The notes beneath the pieces are model-generated. The model did not search any database and had not been told where the DNA came from. It worked only from the letters and a program-made list of their open reading frames with translations. The translations under genes were made by a program, and so were the position numbers. From a virus (Duplodnaviria > Heunggongvirae > Uroviricota > Caudoviricetes), in the IMG/VR virus record IMGVR_UViG_2711768022_000003: a DNA stretch of 9,905 bases. One strand, written 5' to 3'. Of the stretch, positions 1 through 7,305 are shown piece by piece; position 1 is the first letter of the stretch; each line of letters starts with the position of its first letter.

Positions 1-17
1 GCCTGTCCAATGTGCAT

Positions 18-50
18 AAAAAAATCCGGAAACAAGTGAGCGTTTCCGGA
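18..50 (-). terminator. Intrinsic terminator-like hairpin just downstream of the portal stop
   Basis: Perfect 9-bp inverted repeat tccggaaac (25-33) / gtttccgga (42-50) with 8-nt loop; on the minus strand the stem is followed by a run of 7 T (complement of A-run 18-24). Confidence 0.55.
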
Positions 51-84
51 TTCTTACACAGCCACTGGATCGGTCAACTGATCC

Positions 85-1332
85 TTAACTGATCGGCATT
101 ACACCACCGGGACGCGGATTCATATCTTCCAGGTCGCGGCAGTCATTGGAAGAGTAAATTCCCCAGTTGATCCCGGTGGCGTAGGCTTCAAAACGGGACT
201 TCATATCCCCGCGCAGTAACGCCCCGGCGTTAAATTTGGCGTAATAAACGCCCTGCTTACTTTTTCGTACCAGTCCGGTGTTGATCCGCTGTTCGATGCG
301 GGTCAGATACGGCACCAGTGAATAGTTGATAAATCCCAGCCCCAGCTCTTCGATATTGTTGAAGGTGGCGCGATCGGTGTTCTGCACCATGTGCAACGGC
401 ACCCGGAACAGACGACAGATTTCTTCCAGCTGAAACTTGCGGGTTTCCAGGAACTGACTGTCCTCGGCGTTCAGCGCCATCGACTTCCAGTCCAGCCCCA
501 TTTCCAGAATCATCGGGCGGTGAGCATTGCCAAGCCCCGTGTGACACTCCTCAAAATCTTTCTTCAGACGCTCGTAAGCATCCGGCGTGAGCTTTTGTTC
601 CGTACGCAACACACCGGATGTCACCGCACCATTACTAAACAACCTGGCACCGTGCTCCTCGGTTGCCGCTGCCAGTGAAATGGCCTCACGCGCATACGCA
701 ATGGGATTCAGCCCGACAAGTCCATCCAGCGTCAGGGTGCGCACATGCCAGATTTCATTCTGGGTCAACACATCCACGGAACCATCCGGAAACGTCACCT
801 GATAAACCGGCTGCCACTGGCTGTTCAGCTTCGGTTCCACACAGCCCGGATCTATCGGAAGAAGCTCCACCACTTCTCCCAGTGCCTTTACCTTGTAGGC
901 GTAAAAATTCCCCCGTAGACACAGGCAGACAATAACCAGCTCCCAGAATTCCTGCGGTGTCATGTAGCCATTAGGTTTTGCCGAAACCAACTTATGCAGT
1001 CGTTCATCCACCGCCCGTGTTTTCAGGGTACCGCTGATTTTGTAGAGACTGCAGGGCAGCATACCAACAGACTCTGCCAGCACCCTGACGCAAGAATAGA
1101 CCGCCGTCAGGCGCATGGCCCGCTGGCTACTGATCCGCTTTCCGGTATAGGTGTCGTATGACAGCCCGATAGCATCAGCAGTTCTGCTGGCGTGGTCACC
1201 GGCACATCGCTTTTTCGTTGAAATAATCCCGAAAAGAACACTATTTACCTCCGCCGACAGACTGCCGTGTACGGTCGAGATATCGCGCCACCAGCCACGA
1301 CCAGAACAGGCACAGCGCCCCGGCAACAACAA
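85..1332 (-). CDS. Phage portal protein, HK97 family (start codon unresolved)
   Basis: Long minus ORF immediately after terL. Translation carries portal-like segments (NSVLFG near the N-terminus, [55 protein letters not shown]). The listed start at 1330-1332 is TTG; the first in-frame ATG is at 1114-1116, after conserved-looking N-terminal sequence, so 1332 is an upper bound. Confidence 0.8.
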   Translation of the reverse strand: MLLPGRCACSGRGWWRDISTVHGSLSAEVNSVLFGIISTKKRCAGDHASRTADAIGLSYDTYTGKRISSQRAMRLTAVYSCVRVLAESVGMLPCSLYKISGTLKTRAVDERLHKLVSAKPNGYMTPQEFWELVIVCLCLRGNFYAYKVKALGEVVELLPIDPGCVEPKLNSQWQPVYQVTFPDGSVDVLTQNEIWHVRTLTLDGLVGLNPIAYAREAISLAAATEEHGARLFSNGAVTSGVLRTEQKLTPDAYERLKKDFEECHTGLGNAHRPMILEMGLDWKSMALNAEDSQFLETRKFQLEEICRLFRVPLHMVQNTDRATFNNIEELGLGFINYSLVPYLTRIEQRINTGLVRKSKQGVYYAKFNAGALLRGDMKSRFEAYATGINWGIYSSNDCRDLEDMNPRPGGVMPIS

Positions 1333-1423
1333 AACCCGCCGGGGGATAAATCAGCCAGGCACCATACGCCAGCAAAAGCGCACCCAGCACGCCCACCAGA
1401 GGCGCGAGAATCAGCATGATCAT
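1241..1423 (-). CDS. Small hydrophobic protein (60 aa, two predicted TM segments), hypothetical
   Basis: ATG at 1421-1423 preceded by GAGGT with 4-nt spacing, 11 nt after the terL stop. Translation [60 protein letters not shown] is strongly hydrophobic. It overlaps the 5' end of the maximal portal ORF in another frame. Confidence 0.45.
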   Translation of the reverse strand: MIMLILAPLVGVLGALLLAYGAWLIYPPAGFVVAGALCLFWSWLVARYLDRTRQSVGGGK

Positions 1424-1434
1424 AATTACCTCAG

Positions 1435-3168
1435 TTAAAGCGAGCGGATCCCGTAGGACTCAATGTGGTCAGACAGCGTGTCTTCTTTCTCGTACAGCAT
1501 GGCTCTGCCAACCGCCATAATCAGCGCAACTGCACCATCGATTTTGTTTTCCGCCTGCTCTTTGACGGGTTTCACCACATCATCGTTACCCGGCATGTTT
1601 TTGCCGACCACGTTGCCGATACACCAGGTCATGATGGGATTGCCGTCATGATGAAAACGTCCCGATTCAATCGCTGCTTCCAGCTCTTTCATCGGATCGG
1701 ACATATTGGTGAAGTTCTGGACGATAGTGACGGGATTCAGGTCTTCATCAGCAAGGTCATGTGACAACCCGGTCGCCCCGAAGGGGTCGATGGGTGACTC
1801 ACTGACCGGGCTGATTTTGTTCGCCGCTTTGGCCTCCTCGAGGATGTAGCGATAATCCACCTCCGCACCATCGGTAACGGTCAGAACGCCCATTTCCACC
1901 CATTTCTGAAAGCGTTCGGCTGTCCGTCGATCTTCATTTTTCTCGACGCTGTACACCGTGTCATACGGTACCCAGAAACGCGGGGCCACACTGTAGTAAT
2001 GCGTTTTACCGTCAATCTCGCGGGTATAAAGTCGCGCCATGCTGTTCATATCCAGCTTACGCGCCAGGTCAAAGGCCAGAATGCACGGCTGCCCCTCGAA
2101 CTGCTCAAGGGTCAGTGATTTATCCTCGCAGCTCTGCCAGCTCACCAAGTTGAAATACGCCGAACGCGCCGACACCCAGATATTGAGGTGTTTTGTTTTA
2201 AAGACGTTTGCCAGACGGGCGTTATTTTTCGCACGCTGCTGCTGACTTAACAAAAATTCGCGATAAACCGACACGCCAATATTTGGATTGGCTTTTTCCA
2301 GCACCTGCGGGCCGGTCCAGTCGTCACCTTCATCAACGGTATAGATGATCCCGAACAGTTCATCGTTAGGCACCGAGCCGTTGAGCATCTCGATGACTTC
2401 CCGCCGCTTGTCGTAGCACGGCCCCTCAATGTTGTACCCGGCGGTGGTGATGGCCCACATCAGTGGCTGACGTCGCGCCCCCATCCCGGTAAGCATTGTG
2501 GTATAAAGCGCATCGGTGGCATGCTCGTGATATTCATCAACCACGGCACAGTGGGGTGATGAACCATCACCTGGGTTGCCGATCAGCGGTTCAAACCGCG
2601 CGCCATCCTCCGGACGGTTCATGTTTGAGGCGTTAACCTCAATCCCGAACGCTTCCGTCAGCATGGGTGTGCGTTTACACATCAGTCGCGCCGGGCGAAA
2701 GACTTCCCACGCCTGTTTCTCTGTCGTGGCACCGGAATACACTTCCGCGCCAAACTCGTTATCACAGGCAAAACAATACAGGGCAACACCGGCAGAGATT
2801 GCTGATTTGCCGTTCTTACGGGGGATTTCGGTGTACACCTCCCGGAAGCGGCGCAACCGGGTGCCTTTATTGACCCAGCCAAACGCACAGCAGATCACAA
2901 ATAGCTGCCACGGCTCCAGCGTGATGGGCATCCGTTTGAATGCCCACTCCCCCTTGGTGTGCGGCAACAGCTGAATAAATTTCGCGGCCCGTTCAGCCAG
3001 GTCCTTGTCGAAGCGGTAACGAAACGACTTACTTTTTTCCGCCATCAGGTCATCAAGATGGCGCTGGCAGGCCTGAATCACAAACTGGCAGGCAACAATC
3101 TTTCCGCGCACGACATCCCGGGCATACTGATTTGCAGCATTTACGTTGGGGTAAGATTTCCGGCTCAT
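1435..3168 (-). CDS. terL: Terminase large subunit (577 aa)
   Basis: 577-aa ORF with ATG start overlapping the terS stop (ATGA at 3165-3168). Size and position between terS and portal fit a phage large terminase; assignment is by gene order and overall resemblance, not by a motif I can cite exactly. Confidence 0.9.
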   Translation of the reverse strand: MSRKSYPNVNAANQYARDVVRGKIVACQFVIQACQRHLDDLMAEKSKSFRYRFDKDLAERAAKFIQLLPHTKGEWAFKRMPITLEPWQLFVICCAFGWVNKGTRLRRFREVYTEIPRKNGKSAISAGVALYCFACDNEFGAEVYSGATTEKQAWEVFRPARLMCKRTPMLTEAFGIEVNASNMNRPEDGARFEPLIGNPGDGSSPHCAVVDEYHEHATDALYTTMLTGMGARRQPLMWAITTAGYNIEGPCYDKRREVIEMLNGSVPNDELFGIIYTVDEGDDWTGPQVLEKANPNIGVSVYREFLLSQQQRAKNNARLANVFKTKHLNIWVSARSAYFNLVSWQSCEDKSLTLEQFEGQPCILAFDLARKLDMNSMARLYTREIDGKTHYYSVAPRFWVPYDTVYSVEKNEDRRTAERFQKWVEMGVLTVTDGAEVDYRYILEEAKAANKISPVSESPIDPFGATGLSHDLADEDLNPVTIVQNFTNMSDPMKELEAAIESGRFHHDGNPIMTWCIGNVVGKNMPGNDDVVKPVKEQAENKIDGAVALIMAVGRAMLYEKEDTLSDHIESYGIRSL

Positions 3169-3659
3169 GATTCGATAATTTTCAGAAACGGGTTAGTGGC
3201 TTTCTTCTGCCCCGCCAGGCCAATCAGACGCTGGCGGCTGCTGGGGTCGAGTCCGAGCATTGCCCCCGTGCTGCTCATCTCGGACTCCTGTTCTTTTTTG
3301 GCGGTCAGCTCCGGATTTTTGACCCTGCCGCCCATTGCACCGGTGATGGTGTTGCCCTGTATGGCAATATTTTTCACGGCACGTCGCCAGAACTCATAGG
3401 CCACGCACCACCGCTCAAGTACCGCCAGGTCAGTCACGCACAGCAGGCCCTGACCGCAGAGTTCTTTGGTTGTCAGTTGCCACATGATCGTGGCGAGAGG
3501 GAGATCTTCTTCAGCGAACCACTCTGGTGGCTCAACACCTTTGATGGGCGTAAAAACAGGTTCATCTTTGTTCAGGGCTCGCTTGCCGGGGTTTCCGGCC
3601 AGCGCCTTGCGCGCCGTTGGCTTGGGGCGACGCCCGGAACGCCCCGCCGTTCCAGCCAT
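3165..3659 (-). CDS. terS: Terminase small subunit, P27-like (164 aa)
   Basis: ORF-track start at 3668 is GTG directly abutting the SD. ATG at 3657-3659 has AGGAG 8 nt upstream and gives [20 protein letters not shown]..., a basic Gly/Arg-rich N-terminus typical of P27-family small terminases. Stop overlaps the terL start. Confidence 0.85.
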   Translation of the reverse strand: MAGTAGRSGRRPKPTARKALAGNPGKRALNKDEPVFTPIKGVEPPEWFAEEDLPLATIMWQLTTKELCGQGLLCVTDLAVLERWCVAYEFWRRAVKNIAIQGNTITGAMGGRVKNPELTAKKEQESEMSSTGAMLGLDPSSRQRLIGLAGQKKATNPFLKIIES

Positions 3660-3693
3660 ATGCGGCACTCCTGGTTAAATTTCATTTTTCGCG

Positions 3694-3761
3694 GGTATAA
3701 AAAAACGATGGGGCGGGCAGTCCGGAAGACGTCAGGTCACAGGGATTTGCCCCGCCCCTCC
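3694..3761. other. Putative cos region or structured element between HNH and terS
   Basis: GC-rich inverted repeat ggggcggg (3710-3717) / cccgcccc (3751-3758) flanking a 33-nt spacer that contains gacgtc and tccgga palindromes, with an A-run at 3694-3705 (T-run on minus). In HK97-like phages cos lies between the HNH gene and terS. Confidence 0.3.
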
Positions 3762-3780
3762 CTACAAGTGAGAATAATTA

Positions 3781-4131
3781 TCACCGGATTCGTTCGCGCG
3801 CTGTTTTCGCTTTATGGCAGGGCCAGCACAGACTCTGCAGGTTGCTGTCTGCGTCTGTTCCGCCATGCGCTTTCGGGATGATGTGGTCGACGGTTTTCGC
3901 CTCGCTCACCACACCGACACGCAGACACAACTGACACAGACCTTTATCGCGCTTCAGAATACGGGCACGAATCACCGTCCATTTTGAGCCATAGCCACGC
4001 TGGTGGCGGCTCAGTCCGCGCTGGTGCTGCACCCAGCCTTCACCGCGATGTTTATCGCAGTAACCCGAACTGTCTGTGGTTGTACCTGCACATCCACGCT
4101 TACGGCAGGCACGTGGGATTAGTGATGGCAT
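3781..4131 (-). CDS. HNH endonuclease (116 aa), terminase-associated type
   Basis: ATG at 4129-4131 with GAGGT 4 nt upstream. Cys-rich N-terminus (CRKRGCAGTTTDSSGYCDKH) and C-terminal HNH signature (DHIIPKAHGGTDADSNLQSLCWPCHKAK). Sits immediately upstream of cos and terS as in HK97-like phages. Confidence 0.9.
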   Translation of the reverse strand: MPSLIPRACRKRGCAGTTTDSSGYCDKHRGEGWVQHQRGLSRHQRGYGSKWTVIRARILKRDKGLCQLCLRVGVVSEAKTVDHIIPKAHGGTDADSNLQSLCWPCHKAKTARERIR

Positions 4132-4173
4132 AAATACCTCATACCCTGCGAAATGTTTACCACGATAAAAAGG

Positions 4174-4420
4174 CTACTTAATGCACTGAGTGCGGATATA
4201 CTCCTGTGCCCCTTCCAGTTGCATCTGCATCGTCATCAGCCGCTCTCTGAGGGTGAAATAATCCCGTTCAGCGGTGTCTGCCAGTCGGGGGCTGGTTGCA
4301 TTATCCACGCCGGAGGCGGTGGTGGCTTCACGCACTGACTGACAGACTGCTTTGATGTGCAACCGACGACGACCAGCGGCAACATCAGCGCGCAGAGTTT
4401 CATTTTCAGCTTTCGCATCA
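4174..4420 (-). CDS. Rz: Rz i-spanin, 3' part only (5' end lost in N gap)
   Basis: Visible 81 C-terminal residues DAKAENETLRADVAAGRRRLHIKAVCQSVREATTASGVDNATSPRLADTAERDYFTLRERLMTMQMQLEGAQEYIRTQCIK closely resemble the C-terminal half of lambda Rz as I recall it. The reading frame runs into the N-run at 4421. Confidence 0.9.
4236..4418 (-). CDS. Rz1: Rz1 o-spanin lipoprotein (60 aa), embedded in Rz in an alternate frame
   Basis: ATG at 4416-4418. Translation MRKLKMKLCALMLPLVVVGCTSKQSVSQCVKPPPPPAWIMQPAPDWQTPLNGIISPSESG has a lipobox (VVGC) and a proline-rich stretch, closely matching lambda Rz1 as recalled. Entirely inside the Rz reading frame. Confidence 0.85.
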   Translation of the reverse strand: MRKLKMKLCALMLPLVVVGCTSKQSVSQCVKPPPPPAWIMQPAPDWQTPLNGIISPSESG

Positions 4421-4810
4421 NNNNNNNNNNNNNNNNNNNNNNNNNNNNNNNNNNNNNNNNNNNNNNNNNNNNNNNNNNNNNNNNNNNNNNNNNNNNNNNN
4501 NNNNNNNNNNNNNNNNNNNNNNNNNNNNNNNNNNNNNNNNNNNNNNNNNNNNNNNNNNNNNNNNNNNNNNNNNNNNNNNNNNNNNNNNNNNNNNNNNNNN
4601 NNNNNNNNNNNNNNNNNNNNNNNNNNNNNNNNNNNNNNNNNNNNNNNNNNNNNNNNNNNNNNNNNNNNNNNNNNNNNNNNNNNNNNNNNNNNNNNNNNNN
4701 NNNNNNNNNNNNNNNNNNNNNNNNNNNNNNNNNNNNNNNNNNNNNNNNNNNNNNNNNNNNNNNNNNNNNNNNNNNNNNNNNNNNNNNNNNNNNNNNNNNN
4801 NNNNNNNNNN
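4421..4810. other. Assembly or masking gap (390 N)
   Basis: Uninterrupted run of n from 4421 to 4810; it interrupts the endolysin and the 5' half of Rz. Confidence 0.99.
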
Positions 4811-4900
4811 ACCACCTGGGCCAGTGATTAACACAGATGCTATAGCAACAGCCCCACCACCAATAGCAGCTGCAACAGCCTTGCGTAATGATGGCGACAT
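4811..4900 (-). CDS. SAR endolysin (phage-21 R21-like lysozyme), N-terminal 30 codons only
   Basis: ATG at 4898-4900 overlaps the holin stop (TAATG). N-terminus [30 protein letters not shown] is a Gly/Ala-rich signal-arrest-release domain resembling phage 21 R21 as recalled. The rest is in the gap. Confidence 0.8.
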
Positions 4901-5115
4901 TATTCACCTCTCGCAGCCTTACGCTTGTCTTCTCTTATTTTGAAATACAGATTTGTCAGATAAGTCAGAAGCCCCAGAAGCAGACTTCCCAGCACACCAA
5001 TCGCAGCCCACTGTGATGGACTGACCTGATCCAACCACTGCAAAAACCAGTAGCCGGCACTGCCGGCGGAGGTGCCGTAGGCAATGCCTGTTGATATTTT
5101 TTCCATCTGATACAT
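4900..5115 (-). CDS. Class II holin / pinholin (S21, EssD-like), 71 aa with dual-start motif
   Basis: Translation [71 protein letters not shown] resembles phage 21 S21 and DLP12 EssD as recalled. Met1 and Met4 give the typical antiholin/holin dual start. Two TM segments and a charged C-terminus. Confidence 0.9.
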   Translation of the reverse strand: MYQMEKISTGIAYGTSAGSAGYWFLQWLDQVSPSQWAAIGVLGSLLLGLLTYLTNLYFKIREDKRKAARGE

Positions 5116-5144
5116 ATCCCGCCCCCCGACAGACCTGTGCTATC

Positions 5145-5182
5145 GGAAAGAAAAAAGGCCATCAGCAAAACTCTGATGGCCT
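5145..5182 (-). terminator. Rho-independent terminator upstream of the lysis cassette
   Basis: Perfect 9-bp stem ggccatcag (5157-5165) / ctgatggcc (5173-5181) with 7-nt loop; on the minus strand it is followed by TTTTTTCTTTCC (complement of 5145-5156). Confidence 0.65.
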
Positions 5183-5290
5183 GAATCACCTTTACCAATA
5201 TTGTATGAAAAAACACGCACGACTAATTGACAATAATTTTCATTTCCATTAAAAAAGATCGCGTAGCATTCTTAATTCATGAGGAACTTT

Positions 5291-5356
5291 ACCCGCCAGC
5301 AATCTGAGTAGCGAAAGCTGTTCATCCCCAATGTTTTTGCTGGCGGGTCCTTTTTT
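5291..5356 (+). terminator. Plus-strand-oriented terminator-like hairpin (11-bp perfect stem plus T6)
   Basis: acccgccagca (5291-5301) pairs perfectly with tgctggcgggt (5338-5348). The 36-nt loop contains an agc-GAAA-gct mini-hairpin. The stem is followed on the plus strand by cc + tttttt (5351-5356). On the minus strand no T-tract follows. Confidence 0.3.
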
Positions 5357-5795
5357 CTACGGTCCTCCTCCCCGGAGGGGGGCATTTCATTATTTTTCTA
5401 ATCGTTACTGGTGAGAAGGCGGAAGAAAAAGCCAGTTCTTCGCCCCTAAATAACAGCATGATTCCAGTCCATGCAAAATCTGATTTCCAGCTCACACATA
5501 CCGAGCACTGTACAAAAAACCGCCAGCCAAGGCAGTTAAGAGTGTGTTCCCGGGGTTTGCTTAGAATATTTTGTAAGTTGTCCGAAGAGATATTTACAAC
5601 ACCAGAATGATGAATCATCAGTCCCCTGCCAGAGGTTCACTACGTAACCTGACCGACAATGCACCATTCTGGTGCTGAAAAAAGAGCACTGGAACTGCAA
5701 CAAAACAACATCACAGAACAGGAGATGGTAAGGAGTCAGACATTCCCACACAATATTGTGTCAGTGCAAATAACAACCTTCGTCTCAAATCTCGC

Positions 5796-5870
<75 letters not shown>

Positions 5871-5873
5871 ATA

Positions 5874-5949
<76 letters not shown>

Positions 5950-5951
5950 GC

Positions 5952-6028
5952 TGGCCCACCACCGAGGACTCGAACCTCGCACCGTCAACTTAGAAGGTTG
6001 ATGCTCTATCCGGATGAGCTAGTGGTGG
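5952..6028 (-). tRNA. tRNA-Arg (anticodon UCU), 77 nt
   Basis: CCACCACTAGCTCATCCGGATAGAGCATCAACCTTCTAAGTTGACGGTGCGAGGTTCGAGTCCTCGGTGGTGGGCCA: acceptor CCACCAC/GTGGTGG, anticodon loop CTTCTAA, T-loop TTCGAGT, CCA encoded. Unusual C1-G72 first pair. Confidence 0.8.
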
Positions 6029-6029
6029 T

Positions 6030-6106
6030 TGGTGGCCCTTGCTGGACTTGAACCAGCGACCTGGCGATTATGAGTCGCTCGCTCTGACCAACTGAGCTAA
6101 AGGGCC
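6030..6106 (-). tRNA. tRNA with CAU anticodon, most likely tRNA-Ile2 (lysidine type, reads AUA), 77 nt
   Basis: GGCCCTTTAGCTCAGTTGGTCAGAGCGAGCGACTCATAATCGCCAGGTCGCTGGTTCAAGTCCAGCAAGGGCCACCA. Anticodon arm GCGACTCATAATCGC and T-arm GGTCGCTGGTTCAAGTCCAGC resemble E. coli ileX rather than elongator Met as recalled. Ile-versus-Met identity cannot be settled without a classifier. Confidence 0.8.
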
Positions 6107-6115
6107 GGAGGCAGA

Positions 6116-6144
6116 ATAATAACCATATGTCATCACATCTGCAA
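6116..6144 (-). promoter_or_regulatory. Candidate sigma70 promoter for the tRNA array
   Basis: On the minus strand: TTGCAG (complement of 6139-6144), 17-bp spacer, TATTAT (complement of 6116-6121), then 9 nt to the mature 5' end of the first tRNA. Motif-only prediction. Confidence 0.3.
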
Positions 6145-6192
6145 ACTCATCTGACCACCAGCACGTTTAACGTCCTGTGCCGTTTTTCAGGT

Positions 6193-6220
6193 ATAAAAAA
6201 ACCCGCTCATCGGCGGGTTT
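6193..6220 (-). terminator. Intrinsic terminator downstream of the ORF6N gene
   Basis: Perfect stem aaacccgc (6199-6206) / gcgggttt (6213-6220) with 6-nt loop; on the minus strand the GC core is followed by about 7 T (complement of 6195-6201). Confidence 0.6.
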
Positions 6221-6295
6221 AAGCTGTGTGGCGTAGTAACCACTCTTAACAGGATATTCAACTTTTTACGATCGTAAAGTTTTCGGAAAAAATTT

Positions 6296-6859
6296 TTAAA
6301 ACCGCATCAACCGCTCCACCAGTTGCTCTTTACGGGCAACGATCCACCCGTGTTGCTCCAGATAAAATTTAAACCGTTCCAGAGTACATACCATCGCATC
6401 GGCGGGTACCTTTTCCGTGAACTCAACCTGACCGTGTTTATCGAAGTGGCTCAGTAATGCGCATCCATCATTTTCGATAGATGTGTTTTGTGCCGCTGGT
6501 GGCTGTTTCTGGTTGAAATAACAGTCTTCCAGTTTTTCGAACACTTCCCACGCCTGATCGGTTTCGAGCATTTTGGCGTGACGGGCTGCGCCACGTTCTG
6601 TCCAGAGGATGAGGGAGCGAACGTTACGGGCAATTTTCACAGAAACTCTTAAAGAGTTTTCGTTCTTCAACTCTCGTAACGCATCACCTTCTATCAGGAA
6701 AAAATGTTTACCTTCTATAAACCGTTCTTTGTTTCGATTGAAATTGTTTGTCAAACGCTGGCGCTCTGTTCCGTACAAATCAGCCAGCAGCTCTGTTGTC
6801 ATGACAGGAAGATGGTTATGCGTAAGTGACGGGAGTTTTTCAATAGACGTGCGATTCAT
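6296..6859 (-). CDS. ORF6N-domain protein (phage antirepressor-like DNA-binding protein), 187 aa
   Basis: Start chosen at ATG 6857-6859 (AAAGGA 7 nt upstream); the ORF-track start at 7057 is GTG with no SD. N-terminal half (VMTTELLADLYGTERQRLTNNFNRNKERFIEGKHFFLIEGDALRELK ... SLILWTERGAARHAKMLETDQAWEVFEKLEDCYF) matches the ORF6N / KilA-N-like pattern from memory. The C-terminal ~70 aa are unassigned. Confidence 0.65.
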   Translation of the reverse strand: MNRTSIEKLPSLTHNHLPVMTTELLADLYGTERQRLTNNFNRNKERFIEGKHFFLIEGDALRELKNENSLRVSVKIARNVRSLILWTERGAARHAKMLETDQAWEVFEKLEDCYFNQKQPPAAQNTSIENDGCALLSHFDKHGQVEFTEKVPADAMVCTLERFKFYLEQHGWIVARKEQLVERLMRF

Positions 6860-7065
6860 AGACATGTCCTTTCGAATATTTTGATTTACCCCTTTTGAGA
6901 GGGTGACCGGGCGCTCAAAACCGTCGAAAGTCGGCGGGCGTATTTCCATTGCTGGTATTGTATTAGCCGCACACCCGGTCATAAACCAAGAATTCTGGAC
7001 ACAAAAAAACCACATGGCTATCGGGTGTGGATACCGCTTTCGAGGTGTTTTGAGCACCGCGGGGA

Positions 7066-7094
7066 AATGTAAACTGCAAACCTGAAACTGTCAA
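7066..7094 (-). promoter_or_regulatory. Candidate sigma70 promoter for the ORF6N moron
   Basis: Minus strand: perfect -35 TTGACA (complement of 7089-7094), 17-bp spacer, -10 TACATT (complement of 7066-7071). About 200 nt upstream of the ORF6N start. Confidence 0.3.
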
Positions 7095-7218
7095 CACCGT
7101 CAGGTTCCAATCATCGGGTGGTGAGACGCACAGGGTTGGAACTACCGGGAAACCGACCGGCGAGCTTTTCAGCTCCCCCATGCGCCCCACCATAATTCAG
7201 ATGTGCGCGTGCATACGA

Positions 7219-7244
7219 CAATAAAAAACACGCTCGCGGCGTGT
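7219..7244 (-). terminator. tR'-like terminator downstream of the late promoter
   Basis: Stem acacgc (7228-7233) / gcgtgt (7239-7244) with 5-nt loop; on the minus strand it is followed by TTTTTATTG (complement of 7219-7227). About 75 nt downstream of the predicted pR' -10. Confidence 0.45.
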
Positions 7245-7305
7245 GTCTGTCGCGGTCTCTATCCGGGGTTCCAATCCCGACGCCAGATTTTGCTGGCGCG
7301 TGAGG

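Noticed and set aside
391-3881. Plus-strand ORFs antisense to portal, terL and terS (e.g. 391-678, 1465-1764, 2576-2974, 2959-3399, 3477-3881)
   Set aside because: They lie wholly inside well-supported minus-strand genes, have no SD and unusual composition. Typical antisense open frames in GC-rich coding DNA.
4174-4907. ORF-track entries running through the N gap (4174-4815, 4236-4907, 4352-4831, 4357-4827, 4418-4900), shown with long poly-X translations
   Set aside because: These are artefacts of translating the N-run. Only their terminal real segments are meaningful and they are annotated separately as Rz, Rz1 and the endolysin N-terminus.
5228-5233. Minus-strand promoter using TTGTCA as -35 in front of the holin
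   Set aside because: No acceptable -10 at 16-18 bp spacing (best TACAAT is 22 bp away). The same hexamer region reads as a perfect TTGACA on the plus strand instead.
5322-5618. 98-aa minus ORF in the noncoding tract
   Set aside because: Cys/Trp-rich odd composition, SD only 3-4 nt from the ATG, no recognisable domain, and it ends inside a hairpin loop. Insufficient support to call a gene, but it is mentioned in the findings.
6860-7057. N-terminal extension of the ORF6N gene back to 7057
   Set aside because: The start at 7057 is GTG with no SD, and the in-frame ATG at 7013-7015 also lacks an SD. The ATG at 6857-6859 has a well-spaced AAGGA.
6963-7193. 76-aa minus ORF between tR' and the ORF6N gene
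   Set aside because: No SD, odd proline/valine-rich composition, and it spans the predicted moron promoter. More likely untranslated leader.
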